A DNA stretch of 64,000 nt from Ascidiella aspersa. Lineage: Eukaryota. The position numbers and the translations under genes were made by a program. The stretch lies in NCBI GenBank assembly GCA_963924565.1, contig OZ004613.1, positions 21,638,001 to 21,702,000 on the forward strand, written 5' to 3'. The notes beneath the pieces were generated by a model. That model was not told where the DNA came from, searched no databases, and worked only from the letters and a program-made list of their open reading frames with translations. Numbering within the stretch: the stretch's first letter is position 1; each line of letters starts with the position of its first letter. This document shows positions 41,301-51,032 of the stretch, one piece after another.

Positions 41301-44300
41301 AACAAACCACGATCCCCAATGCAAGCCCCCGACCCCACCCAGGAGGCCTAGATCTGGTCGGCGTCAAAATCCACCCAATCGCTTGTCCCCAAGGTCCCCC
41401 GGTCAACCTGAAAGGGGCCGTCAGCGCGAAACTTACGCTCGAAGGGAAGATATCCCTGAAGAAAGTAAATTGAGGCCGATATCGACCTCGAGCGAGATCG
41501 TGTGTGACGGCGACCATTCGAATGAGCACAGGAGTCGATCACGGTCATTTCTGAGGGCCATCAGGTCGCGGTCGAAATCGCTGACCAGGACTTTAAAAAA
41601 GAACCGAAACAGTGCTGGTCGTAAAATGGTGATCGGGGCCCCCAAGTTGATCAGTCATCTGAACCAGGACCTGGTCGGCATCAGTTTTGCACCACCTGCA
41701 GAAAAAAACACTTGTTCGGAGTCAAGTACTAACCCCGTCGTCACATCTCTGGTTCATTTGCGCGTCAATCCTAGGCAAAGATTCCGCCACACTCGATCAA
41801 CGTCACTGCCAGGCCCCGTTATCTTCGACGAGTGCAACGAAGATATGCAGTCGTGCCAGCCTGCTTACAGCGACGCCGTTGAACAACAACAAGTCGAACA
41901 ATGCCCACATTCACCACGTCATAATCGACCGCTCTGCGTCACAGAGGCTGGAATGCCGGTGTCAAATTCGAATACTCTGGCACGCGGCGAGCAGCCGCTC
42001 TCGGTCAGCTATCAGTTTCCGTATACGACCAACTGTGACGTCACGGCCAGCGTGTTTTGTAGCCAGCGAACCGTGACGCTGGCCCGGCATGACGTAACAA
42101 AGCATGCTTCCTCGCCGGACGAAATACGCCAGGCCCTGTTGTCTTGGCAAAGACGTAGCAACAGATGGAAGCCCTAAACATTTGTTTATTTAATATGTCG
42201 CTTGTAGTTAGAACAAGGTTGTTTAAAGTTCCATATTTATTGTTGCATTTTGACGGACAATCTAGATTCTAGAAACTAACATATGTTCTTACGAATATTT
42301 TATAATAACACGTATTCTGCCGCTTTGTGATTGTGTTGTCATTCAGCAGTTTCATTATTTCATATTCAATTTTATGCTGGGGCTGACGCGATTACATTTG
42401 TTTTGCAATGATGCCTTTCGCTAATACCTCGCGTTCTCCTTTTTTTCTTTGTTCAAAAAAAATGTAAGAAAACGAATAAACTTTACTTCCTCTCCTTTTG
42501 TGACTTTCTTCTATTTATTTATACACATTAAGCTTCAAGTGAAACAAATCTTCACTAACCTGTTAACAGTTCTCGCCCGAATAGGGCCTTTTCACTTCTC
42601 TTTGGAAACTATTCTCAATTTCTGGAATATATCTTTCTAAATGGTCACTACATGTAAGTAGACAATGTTCATTTAGTGTTTTTATCTATTTAACATTTCG
42701 AATTCTCAATACACAGTGCATGCCACACTTGGCCTTTAATAACACGCGAAAATCGTCTACCTTTTGCCCATAGGAGGTCCGTTTACACTACAGCTGGGTT
42801 GAACAGAGCTGGGCGTAGAAATCGCTGGGCTTGAGTTTAGCAAAGCGTGAAAAGCTCGAAACAATAGAATTTAATTTAAATTACGCTTTGCTCAGCTCAG
42901 TGCAGCTGTAGTGTGAACGCGGCCTTTAGATAAAAGCAATTTATCTTTCATTATGCAAAAGTCTTTGATTTTTCAGGCGCCCAATCACCGCAGGCTCTGA
43001 AGAAACTCATGGCGCTTTCAGAGGAAGGCGAGGGTGGTGACAAAGGCCAAAAGAAAGCTCGCGAGTTCCGTAGATCCGAGTCGTCGAGTAGCCACGAGTT
43101 GTCGCCAAGCAACTCGCCCTATATGTCGCCGAGGCACAACGCAAAGGTAGGATGCCGCCCGCCCGAATAGCTCAGCATTTCATAAACTTTTTTTCTACTT
43201 GAGGTATACTAAAATAAGTAAAGAAAGTTCATAATACACTATCTATACAAAGAGTAATACCAAAACGTTACGAACGCCTTTAATTAACGACGCGGAAATA
43301 GGTTAATGCCATAGTATTGCCATTTTTTTAAACCATAGTTTACATTAAAGTCACGCATGCTTATGAGTAATATAAATAACTTATTTTCCTAAATTAGAAA
43401 AAGTTTCGCTACACACTGATCGACTAGTATGCCGCGACAAACAGTTTGAGAATCACTGCTTTAGCTGTTGAACAACTACTTCAGGTTAAAGTTGTAAACT
43501 GTGAAATCATTGTTCATTGCCGGCAAAGCAGAGTAAATTATTTTTTCATCAATATAGTTTTACATATTGTAAGAAAGGAGGCTTACACAAAACATTCATC
43601 CATTTGCAAACCTGATGGTGCAGTATTCGTTTAAAAAAAATATATTTCTTACGTACTTTTCACTGACCCGATTACTTAAATGGGTCGTCTTTGTGTTCAT
43701 TCGAAACTACGTTTCGGGACCGCTCCACCCCAAAAAAAAATTCATAACCGAACTGCCTACTCAAAAGGGCACAGCTGAAATCCGCGGCGGAAAGCTAGCA
43801 TTAAGCTGCCAGTCGAAGCCACTTTCCCAGCTCGCAGTACCGCCCAACGCAGCTCGTCACTGCCAACGCACGTCGTGTGTTTGTGTCCGCTTTTACGGAA
43901 GTGCCTGATCGCGCTGCGAGCGTGGCATTCGCCTTCCCGCCGTCATCACATGACGCTTAACGACGACGCGACGCTCTTGTTATTGTTCTTCGATGTCGCG
44001 CGCATGAATTATGCACGAAACGGTGCCGATCGCACACCCCGTTTATGAGCAGGGCCTACTTGCTTGTGGTTTAGGTCCGCGTGATGTAAGAAGTTGCAGC
44101 TGCTAAAGGCACTTATAAACATTACTTTATTGAATATTCGTATATTTTGTCCACAAGCATTTCTGATAGAGCCTTTATACTAATAGTAACTATTAGTAGT
44201 TTGTTTACTGTTTCTCGGACAGGGGCGAGTACCAGAAGTCGATTATATTTTTGTGTGCACGCCCCGCGTTGGCTGATCTATTCCTCTTACAACCGAGTAT

Positions 44301-47300
44301 TGCTCATCCAGCAGTTTTATTATAAACAATCGACATTTTGACGTCTTATACAAGACGCCTTCGTCAGGATAATGGCCTATCTATGTATTCCTTTTATTTT
44401 AATATTTTTCATGTTGTTGTTTTTTTCGCAGATGGGCCAGTCGAACCACAGCGTCGGATTGGAAAACATGAACCGAAACAACAACCGGCTCAGTTTACCG
44501 CCAGGTCAGTTCATTGCTGAACTTCATTGTACATTTACCTGCTGAATAACACAGATAGTATTACATGACTTCATTCTTATTTTCACTTAACGTCCTCCTT
44601 GAAAACATGGTGTTGAACAAAAAAATATTAAATGTGAATTTATACTGCTTTCTTAAGTCTAAAAGAAGAGGGTCTATAAAAACATTGTCTTTTACAGTTA
44701 GTATAAACTGAAATGGGATCAGGGGGAAACCTTATCAGCTTGCTAACCATAGGTTGTGTAATCTCCTGCTGCTCGATCAACACATATGTTTTACTTGATA
44801 AATAACACGAAAACTATCAGACTTTAACTCTATTTTCACTTACCCCGTGCTCCTTAAAAACTTTGTGTTAACAAAAAATTATTAAATGTGAATGTAGACT
44901 GCGTGTTTCGCTCTAAAAGAAAAGAGTCGATAAAAACATTTGTCTTTTTAAGTTAGTATAAATTTAAATTGGGATCAGCGGAAAAGCTTAACGGCTTGCT
45001 AACAATGTGCTGTGTAATCTCCTTCTGCTCAATTAATTAACCCATATTCTTAAACTTGTTATTGCAGTGATAGGAGGCGAACCATCTTCTCCTGCCATCC
45101 ACTCAGCACCTGCCACCAACAAGCGATTCTTCCCGCAAAGTCTCGCTCCCGGATCAGCATCCACAGGAGGAAATAACAACAGCGCTCCCTCCAGCTCCCG
45201 TTCGAGCATCGCATCCACATCCAGCCTCGGAACAATATCCTCTTCCAACCCGACTCATTCCTCCACTTCATCACTGGGAGGAACCAACAGTCCGAGATCC
45301 GGTTCTCCTGTTCCTTGGTCTGGTTCTCTTGGATCGCTCTCCAGCGGAGCTTCGTCTGCATCACCTCGTCTTCTCCACAACCAGCACAAGAGCTCCTCCA
45401 ACGCTCAAAGATCGAGCTCCAGCTCTTCGGCTGACACAGTCAAGTCAGGAGGTAAATTCTTCGAAAACGATCATTTAAAATACAGGCTGCTTACCATGCA
45501 CATCAAGGGGCAGTGACATGCAAAATAGAAAATTTTATATAAAAACCTTTGAAGAACAACCAATAGTAGGTAACCAAACAAAAGTTGGTCTCGCATATTT
45601 TGCGATTTGCCAAAAAGTGAAAATGAGGAAATCCGTCGAATTTTTTTTGCATCCAGTGGAATAAACCATCCTAACCCGTTTGGTGGAATATAATTTTTTT
45701 AACGATTTTTTTTATTAATACAAATTAAAACAAAACCTTGAGACTAGAGATAGACCGACGATATATCGGTTTACCGATAATATCGGCCGATATTTGGCTT
45801 CTACCGATATATCGGTATCGGTAAATGTAGGCTAGTACTTTGGCCGATATTTTAGTGCGAAAATGTGATATAATTTTTCATGTACAACTAACAACTTAAC
45901 CATTTTTTGTTCAAAAAATTTGAGTTTTAGCATCACGCTAAGTTAATATGCGAAATAATAGTATAATAATTAATAAAGATATATAAATTAAAACGTTATT
46001 TGGGTTTTATTTTTAATTATTCTAGTTTTGAACATTTCCCAAGTATATAAAAAATCGGTATCGATATCGGTCCAAAAAAGTGATATCGTTCGATCTCTAC
46101 TTAAGACCTTGTGCGTTTGCAAATATTGCGTTCATACTGCCCCACGTTAAACTGAGACGTTTTATTATTTACTTTACAGGAGGGAGACACTCGCATCACG
46201 AGCGTCCAGTGATCAAGCAGACCCGCCCCAACGTTCGAAGCGGATCGTTCGGAGGCAACATGATGGATCGGAGGTTGGCGCACATCTCATCATCCTCATC
46301 CACCCCGTCGCTCCTCAACGCTCCGGGGTCCTCCAATCAGGTTCGTTGTGAAAAGAAGTTTGATTCAATTTGCGAAGATTCGATTTCTATTGTCATAAAA
46401 ATGCTAAGAGATTTTTAATGATTTTAAAACACTTTGCTGACCGTTTAGATATATATAAACAAGAACATTTAAATTTAGCGAATTGTTTTATCCTATTATT
46501 CCCAAGCGAGATATCTTTTTAAAGTTTCTTGCAAATAATAGGTAGCGCATAAACCAACAAAACTCACTCGAGTATTTCCAATCGAACGACCATTGTTTAC
46601 CAAAAAAGCGTGTTTTCTTAAGTAGCTAGCATAAATACCTTAAATAAATTATGAACTGCCTCTTGCTCAAACCCGTATCTAAATAAAAAACGCCCCTAAA
46701 AGTTTCAACGAACCTCGGTTTTTCTACAGGCGAGCCTGATCCTGCCCAACCACCCGCAGATTCCTCGCACGCCCAGCATCGACAGTGGCGTCATGAGCGC
46801 CGGATCCACCTCGGCCGACTCGGCCATCTTCAACGTGGCCGACGACGCCGATTTGTTCGGCCGCGGCCACCACCAACATCACCAGCAGCAGCAGAGAGCT
46901 CCCAGGAGGGGCGATCTGCCCGCGGAGCCAGATAGAAATTCTCCCATGTCGTCGAACGGCGACCCGAACGCGGACCGTCAGCGCCCCCATGCGGGCAGCC
47001 ACTCCGCCGCCGGGCAGCCGCAAGAGGGCGAGCAAGACAAAGTGGAGCAGACTTTTTTATCTGGATTTAGGGGTCAGGGGGATCCCCCGCGACCAGATAA
47101 CAAAGATCCCTTTCCGATGATGATGGCGCCGCCGACCACCCTCAATCTGGCCGGCGCGACGCCCTACGTCATCGACCCGGCGGCCTATCACCCCGGGCAC
47201 GTGCCGCCAGGGGTGGGGCTTCCCCCCAGGCAGCAGAAGCCGCTCGGCGCCACCGCGCTCAAAGGCATCCACGAATACCTGATTTGTGAGCGGCACGCGG

Positions 47301-50300
47301 CCATGAGGCGCCAGTTCCGACAAAACTTCGCGCACAGCCCGGTGGTGCAGCAGTACTCGCCCCGCGCCGATCGCCTGAAGACGCCTGAGGCCATTCTGGA
47401 GGAGCAGCTGCTCATGGAGCTCCAGCAGCAAAAGAGCGCCTTCCACAAGGGCCGCCGCGCAAAGGTGTCGCCGCCTGACGCGCGCGAAATGCAGAGCAAC
47501 CTGGTCGACGTGCGTCGCCTAAGTCTGAGCAAGTCCGACCCGTCGCTGCACAATCACCCGACGCAGTGGGACAGCAACAGCCCCAATCCGAACCAGCCAA
47601 CAGAGGTTGTCAAGTCTGCAGTAAGGCTTCCGCCCAACCGCACCTCGTCGCCCAAATGCCCGCCCATGCACCAACCGGGCTCTCTCGAAGCTGGTATGTC
47701 GCCATTCTCCCCGGTGTGTGGGGACTCTGGCTACGGCCCGACCACAGGCGACCTTCGCTACCAACCCTATTCATATTCAACTCCGCCTACACGCAACCAC
47801 GGCCATGCGATCCACTCTACCTCCCCGGCCGTCCACATGCAACAGCAGCAACATCAACAGATGCTTCGTGGCGGCGGCGACATGGACTGGCAATATCCCG
47901 GGCAGAACGAGCAGCTGTCCAAGTCGGCCAACACTCCTTCTTCGTTCCTGCCCCAAGCAATCAGCGAGCGGCTGAACGCCACAATGCCGGTTCACCATCA
48001 CCACCATCAACAGCAACAGCAGCACGTGTTCTCCCGCAGCGCCTCGTCGCACTACCCCGACATTTCGCCGGCCCTGCCGCGCTCCAACATGGTAAAGTCC
48101 AGCTCGTTCGACATCTACAACTCGCAGCCGGCCAGTCAGCATTCGGCCCCGGCGGCGGCGCGCGACTTTTACCCGATGAGGACGCTCGAAGAAAACGCGG
48201 CCGACCCCCGGCGCCGGCACCCCCTCGAGGAACACCTGTCGCGGCCCCAGGGGCGCAGGAAAGCCGCGCAGCAGCAGGACTGGGGTGAAACCGATCTGGA
48301 CGGCGACAAGCTGCAGCAGACCATGAAAGGTTGGTTTGTATTATTTGTTATGGCTGAAGTTGGATGGAGTGCGCTAACCTAAACCCCGTTTCAACACTGT
48401 GTGTATACTAAAGATTTGGCCGCAAATTAAACTTCAATCTGTTCTGTGACCGTAGTTTTTGTATGTTCTATTTATAGCCAGTATATCCAACTGATTTGAC
48501 TAAAGTAGCTTATTCTTTAGAGTTTTAGACAATATATGTTGTGTAATATAATATAGCCTAAGTTTAAATGGCATATCCAAGTACCATTATGGAGCAGGTA
48601 TCTAAAAATGTCCAATGGTCCACATAAATTTTATATATAAATTTTTTTGCTATGATGCGTTTACTCTGGTTTACTATATTTTAGTTTTTTGGGTTTGCCA
48701 AATATCGGCAAATGCAAGCGCGGCCAGAAGCGTATGCAATGAATTAATATCTTTCGTCATTTAAATCATAGATCAACCCCACATCCTATAGTTTGTTATT
48801 TTCTAAAACGTCTTAAAAACCGATTATTTTTATTAATAACAACGGGTATCACATTACGATTGCATTCGTTCCCAACCTGCCTATTCTTCATAGCCTGGGG
48901 CAGCAGCACCAGCTTGCCCGCCACCCCCCTCTCCACCAAGTCCATCCCCTCCGGTCACAAGCAACCTCCTCCTGTTCCAAGCCACCACGGCCAGGGACAC
49001 AACACTTCCTCCTCACAGGGAGGAAACAAGTCCGGATCCAGGCAACCACCTCCTCCACCACCACAGAGGACATCCAGGTTGGAAGACCCTTCAATACCGT
49101 TGTTAGTTGATTGTTTTTTTGTTTGGTTTTACCTATCGCAATCGCAACACTTCGCAACTTGGTTTTGACATTGGCAAGCCTGTCATAACTTATTATCCTG
49201 ACTAAACTATTTCTTAATTTAATTGTCCGTCTAGATCCAGTGGGTCTAGTGCAGTAGTTATCAACCGTGGTGCCGCGGCACCCTTGGGTGCCATTTCTAA
49301 GGCTCAAGGGTGCCGAGAGATATTTGAGAATCTTTAAGAATCTGCTTTTTTGTTCAACTCTTGAAAAAATTGTGTAAGATTACAGTTGAATAAGTCCAAT
49401 TGTAGCTTTCTACTTTGTCTAGAGTTGATGTGTGCTGCTCCAGTTTTGTTGCGACATTATAGTGAATTACCTACGGAAAAATCTTGTAGGGGTGCCGCAA
49501 TTTATTTATTATTTCTGAGGGGTGCCGCTAGCCATTAAAAGCTGAGAAACTTTGGTCTATTGAGACGTAAACTACAGTTTAACGTTCACGTAATTCTAAA
49601 ACATTTTTTTTTCTTAAGTTGGCCCTTGCCTTTTTTTGCCCCTTTGCCTTTGCCATTAAGTTTTGGTTAAATGTACTGATTTCATGCGTTAGGAATATAT
49701 TACCTTATCATTTGAATATTGATTAAATTGTGATCTTTTGCCATTCTTTGCCCTATTTTTTGGTAATGTTTCTTTTAACACTTTTCACTTTACTTCACAG
49801 CATCGGCCGCCCAGACCAGATTCGTCGCGAAAGCGCCTCCAGTTCACCCCTCAGTTCGCCGCCCCTCTCCCCCTCACCCACTGGGGATTACCCGACATTC
49901 GATGACGTCATCATGACGCAAGCAGCGGTGGGCAGAATTGCTGTCACCCCCTCGGGCGCAATGGCCAATGGCCACGTGTCCCATCAGGGCAGAACCCCTT
50001 TTCGTTCAGGTGAGTGTTTTACCATTAATTGTGATTTATTTATGTTAGTTGTATACTACCTAGGACGAGCTATGCGTATGATATCGGTAAGCATTCGTAG
50101 TGTTGCGAGCTTGTGAAAAACTGGGCGAGTTTCGTTGACAATGTTTGAAGTTGAGAGCGTGATTTTAGATCCAGGAGCTTCAGTGCACAATGTTTAGCTG
50201 TATCTTCGTTATGATATCGTTAAAGTGAATTTAGATATCGCAGTTTCGTAGCCTAATCGCTGAGAGCCAACGTTGGTTTGGGAACAAATGAAATGCAACG

Positions 50301-51032
50301 TAAACAACCCAAAAGCTTTTACCGGCGAAGCTTTGGCGACCAGTTCTACTTAATAAACTTTTTGCAAGCCTAAAATAAACGAAGTTCAAATACCAGATTG
50401 GGCAGTGGCAATAATATAATTTAATTAATGTGAGCCAATCATTTATTCGTATGGCCTCTGCAATTTTGTCAAATTTAGGAGAAGTCAAGAACTTATCTCA
50501 GTAAGTCAAACCAAACAAATCAAACTGCGACCCAATTTTTGGTCGCGACACTATTAGCCTAATTCAACGCTAGACTAAATCTTAAACGCTATGAACGCTG
50601 TGCAGATCACAACAATACTGAGAGGCGATCGCTGCCATCCTACACGGAAGCTGTGAAGCAAATCAGCGCAAAGCAGAAAAGCATGTTTACTGCTGTGCCC
50701 AACAACTACCGCTCGTTTAATATCGGTGAGTCACCAGCAATTCTAGAGGAGTGTGTGAAACAATTGTGATTCCGTACCGTTGTATTTTACTTTATTGATA
50801 CAGATGTTTTTTATCCTACTTTAAAGTTAAACTTTATGGAAATAGCTGCAAAGTTTACTTGAAAGTTCTTAAATGTTGTAAAACGCAATTGTGATCAATT
50901 GTTATTGTCCCAATTGGATTTTTTGCTTGTGTTTTCAACGTTTGCAAAAAATGATCAGCACCGATAACTTATTGTTTTCTGTTTATTTTTGCAGACACTC
51001 GTGAAAGCCAAGAGCAAGTTTCGCAGGTTTGA
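17273..51032 (+). CDS. RAPGEF2: Rap guanine nucleotide exchange factor 2/6-like (PDZ-GEF), spliced gene, 32 coding exons in window, 5' end incomplete
   Basis: Exons join in frame via GT-AG (6256 nt = 1 nt + 2085 codons including the stop). Motifs match RAPGEF2/6 as recalled: [121 protein letters not shown] and C-terminal EQVSQV. Likely co-ortholog of RAPGEF2 and RAPGEF6. Confidence 0.95.
18462..18593 (+). CDS. RAPGEF2: PDZ-GEF exon
   Basis: cag|[10 protein letters not shown]...ESTSSG|gtaagc; phase 0/0. Confidence 0.85.
19142..19255 (+). CDS. RAPGEF2: PDZ-GEF exon (linker)
   Basis: ccttag|[14 protein letters not shown]...FQSKDI|gtgagt; 114 nt, phase 0/0. Confidence 0.75.
19662..19806 (+). 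CDS. RAPGEF2: PDZ-GEF exon (acidic stretch before cNMP domain)
   Basis: gcag|[16 protein letters not shown]...[12 protein letters not shown]|gtac; phase 0/1. Confidence 0.9.
20358..20494 (+). CDS. RAPGEF2: PDZ-GEF exon (cNMP-like domain)
   Basis: [30 protein letters not shown]...VLNDNEQ|gtacgc; phase 1/0. Confidence 0.93.
21576..21746 (+). CDS. RAPGEF2: PDZ-GEF exon (cNMP-like domain)
   Basis: ttcag|[11 protein letters not shown]...[10 protein letters not shown]...CCDDCQ|gtgacc; phase 0/0. Confidence 0.95.
22541..22693 (+). CDS. RAPGEF2: PDZ-GEF exon
   Basis: ctcag|[10 protein letters not shown]...GEIVMVKE...KGNIVIR|gtaaga; phase 0/0. Confidence 0.95.
23295..23456 (+). CDS. RAPGEF2: PDZ-GEF exon (REM domain)
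   Basis: ccag|GNADYLL...[10 protein letters not shown]...KLLDWF...RDK|gtgggc; phase 0/0. Confidence 0.95.
23775..24057. mobile_element. Degenerate hAT (Charlie-like) MITE
   Basis: CAGTAGTTCTTCAA...TAAGAAACACTG; TSD GTTTAAAG/ATTCAAAG. Confidence 0.6.
24201..24380 (+). CDS. RAPGEF2: PDZ-GEF exon (REM domain)
   Basis: [17 protein letters not shown]...[15 protein letters not shown]|gtaagt; phase 0/0. Confidence 0.95.
24412..24526. repeat. Perfect 26-bp inverted repeat around a hammerhead-like core
   Basis: aaaaaacagctcctctggcaatttta (24412-24437) and taaaattgccagaggagctgtttttt (24501-24526). Confidence 0.85.
25598..25960. mobile_element. hAT (Charlie-like) MITE
   Basis: CAGTGCTATTCAAC...GTTAAAGAGCACTG; perfect 8-bp TSD CCCTAGAG. 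Confidence 0.9.
26241..26364 (+). CDS. RAPGEF2: PDZ-GEF exon (PDZ domain, first half)
   Basis: gcag|[41 protein letters not shown]|gtaggt; phase 0/1. Confidence 0.93.
26719..26835 (+). CDS. RAPGEF2: PDZ-GEF exon (PDZ domain, second half)
   Basis: ttttcag|[15 protein letters not shown]...LTLKTSLF|gtaagt; phase 1/1. Confidence 0.95.
27224..27385 (+). CDS. RAPGEF2: PDZ-GEF exon
   Basis: ttccag|[16 protein letters not shown]...DTKHRK|gtgcgt; phase 1/1. Confidence 0.88.
28257..28332 (+). CDS. RAPGEF2: PDZ-GEF mutually exclusive exon A
   Basis: gacag|[25 protein letters not shown]|gtaagt; 76 nt, phase 1/2. Confidence 0.78.
28588..28669 (+). CDS. RAPGEF2: PDZ-GEF mutually exclusive exon B
   Basis: ttgcag|[27 protein letters not shown]|gtaagt; 82 nt, phase 1/2. 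Confidence 0.75.
29984..30799 (+). promoter_or_regulatory. AG-exclusion zone with candidate distant branch point (CTAAC 29988-29992) and polypyrimidine tract
   Basis: No AG dinucleotide on the + strand between 29984 and the acceptor AG at 30800-30801 (read by eye). The zone opens with tcgtCTAACcatc-TGCATG and a U/C-rich tract. Confidence 0.75.
30802..30986 (+). CDS. RAPGEF2: PDZ-GEF exon
   Basis: aaaacag|[12 protein letters not shown]...[11 protein letters not shown]...MVQ|gtaaag; phase 2/1; A/C-rich acceptor. Confidence 0.88.
31814..31965 (+). CDS. RAPGEF2: PDZ-GEF exon (RA domain)
   Basis: [18 protein letters not shown]...DTTA...NYALYR|gtaaga; phase 1/0. Confidence 0.95.
32432..32517 (+). 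CDS. RAPGEF2: PDZ-GEF exon (RA domain)
   Basis: ttgcag|[28 protein letters not shown]|gttaga; phase 0/2. Confidence 0.92.
32858..32966 (+). CDS. RAPGEF2: PDZ-GEF exon
   Basis: ccag|[14 protein letters not shown]...FLDLNGFE|gttggt; phase 2/0. Confidence 0.93.
33313..33433 (+). CDS. RAPGEF2: PDZ-GEF exon (RasGEF/CDC25 domain)
   Basis: [26 protein letters not shown]...EFE|gtattt; phase 0/1. Confidence 0.93.
33804..33954 (+). CDS. RAPGEF2: PDZ-GEF exon (RasGEF domain)
   Basis: [10 protein letters not shown]...[12 protein letters not shown]...NSTFALI|gttagc; phase 1/2. Confidence 0.95.
36796..37007 (+). CDS. RAPGEF2: PDZ-GEF exon (RasGEF domain)
   Basis: [17 protein letters not shown]...[11 protein letters not shown]...KKDLTFLQL|gtgagt; phase 2/1. 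Confidence 0.96.
37770..37916. repeat. ~48-bp imperfect inverted repeat (foldback)
   Basis: aatatcaaagccc...agtaggtatcattttgaacgtttcga versus tcgaaatgttcaaaatgatacctact...gggctttgatatt. Confidence 0.8.
38165..38244 (-). mobile_element. tRNA-derived SINE head or pseudo-tRNA, interrupted by the hAT MITE
   Basis: Minus strand: A-box-like tactcagtttgtggagcg, ccgg-tatga-ccgg arm, T-arm gtgaaTTCGAATctcac, acceptor-like gcctgtg/cgcaggt. Confidence 0.55.
38245..38761. mobile_element. hAT-type MITE with AAGTC/GACTT subterminal repeats
   Basis: 11-bp TIRs CAGTGTTGTAA...TTACAACACTG; perfect 8-bp TSD CTACACAG (38237-38244, 38762-38769). Confidence 0.92.
39182..39305 (+). CDS. RAPGEF2: PDZ-GEF exon (RasGEF domain end)
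   Basis: [23 protein letters not shown]...|gtaagt; phase 1/2. Confidence 0.95.
39834..40042 (+). CDS. RAPGEF2: PDZ-GEF exon
   Basis: ...[14 protein letters not shown]...RRVKQF...DEDKL...VEPVV|gttcgt; phase 2/1. Confidence 0.9.
40600..40818 (+). CDS. RAPGEF2: PDZ-GEF exon
   Basis: tttcag|...[21 protein letters not shown]|gtatgc; phase 1/1. Confidence 0.9.
41165..42177 (+). CDS. RAPGEF2: PDZ-GEF alternative terminal exon (short isoform)
   Basis: Strong pyrimidine tract then cccag acceptor, phase 1, open for ~337 codons (VVTPPPSPT...RRSNRWKP*); AATAAA at 42475-42480. Confidence 0.7.
42775..42925. mobile_element. Short TIR element, PIF/Harbinger-like MITE
   Basis: CGTTTACACTACAGCTG...CAGCTGTAGTGTGAACG inverted termini. 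Confidence 0.55.
42977..43146 (+). CDS. RAPGEF2: PDZ-GEF exon
   Basis: tttcag|[18 protein letters not shown]...SPRHNAK|gtagga; phase 1/0. Confidence 0.93.
44432..44504 (+). CDS. RAPGEF2: PDZ-GEF exon (tail)
   Basis: ttcgcag|[24 protein letters not shown]|gtcagt; phase 0/1, needed to keep frame. Confidence 0.82.
44575..45033. repeat. Diverged tandem duplication (~250-bp period)
   Basis: Two copies share attaaatgtgaat, tctaaaagaa, taaaaacatt, agttagtataaa, gggatcag, gcttgctaac, tgtgtaatctcc. Confidence 0.8.
45068..45451 (+). CDS. RAPGEF2: PDZ-GEF exon (Ser-rich tail)
   Basis: IGGEPSSP...SSSRSSIAS...TVKSG|gtaaat; phase 1/1. Confidence 0.88.
45745..46099. mobile_element. hAT-type MITE with CCGAT/ATCGG repeats
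   Basis: TAGAGATAGACCGA...TCGTTCGATCTCTA; TSD CTTGAGAC/CTTAAGAC. Confidence 0.85.
46180..46340 (+). CDS. RAPGEF2: PDZ-GEF exon (tail)
   Basis: ttacag|GRHSHHERP...APGSSNQ|gttcgt; phase 1/0. Confidence 0.85.
46730..48329 (+). CDS. RAPGEF2: PDZ-GEF large 1.6-kb exon (disordered Q/H/P/S-rich tail)
   Basis: ctacag|[23 protein letters not shown]...QQTMK|gttggt; GC-rich codon usage; phase 0/1. Confidence 0.9.
48894..49077 (+). CDS. RAPGEF2: PDZ-GEF exon (Pro-rich)
   Basis: catag|WGSSTSLP...[12 protein letters not shown]|gttgga; phase 1/2. Confidence 0.83.
49252..49554. mobile_element. hAT (Charlie-like) MITE
   Basis: CAGTAGTTATCAACC...GCTGAGAAACTTTG, GGGTGCCGC subterminal repeats, TSD GTCTAGTG/GTCTATTG. 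Confidence 0.85.
49801..50009 (+). CDS. RAPGEF2: PDZ-GEF exon (tail)
   Basis: tcacag|[11 protein letters not shown]...TPFRS|gtgagt; phase 2/1. Confidence 0.85.
50606..50725 (+). CDS. RAPGEF2: PDZ-GEF penultimate exon
   Basis: gcag|[18 protein letters not shown]...SFNI|gtgagt; phase 1/1. Confidence 0.85.
50995..51032 (+). CDS. RAPGEF2: PDZ-GEF last exon with class I PDZ-binding C-terminus
   Basis: tttttgcag|[15 protein letters not shown]; human RAPGEF2 ends EQVSAV. Confidence 0.92.

Noticed and set aside
46724-48288. Many overlapping antisense or alternate-frame ORFs (also over 53412-53997 and 60937-61909)
   Set aside because: Shadows of GC-rich coding exons, with no recognisable protein features.
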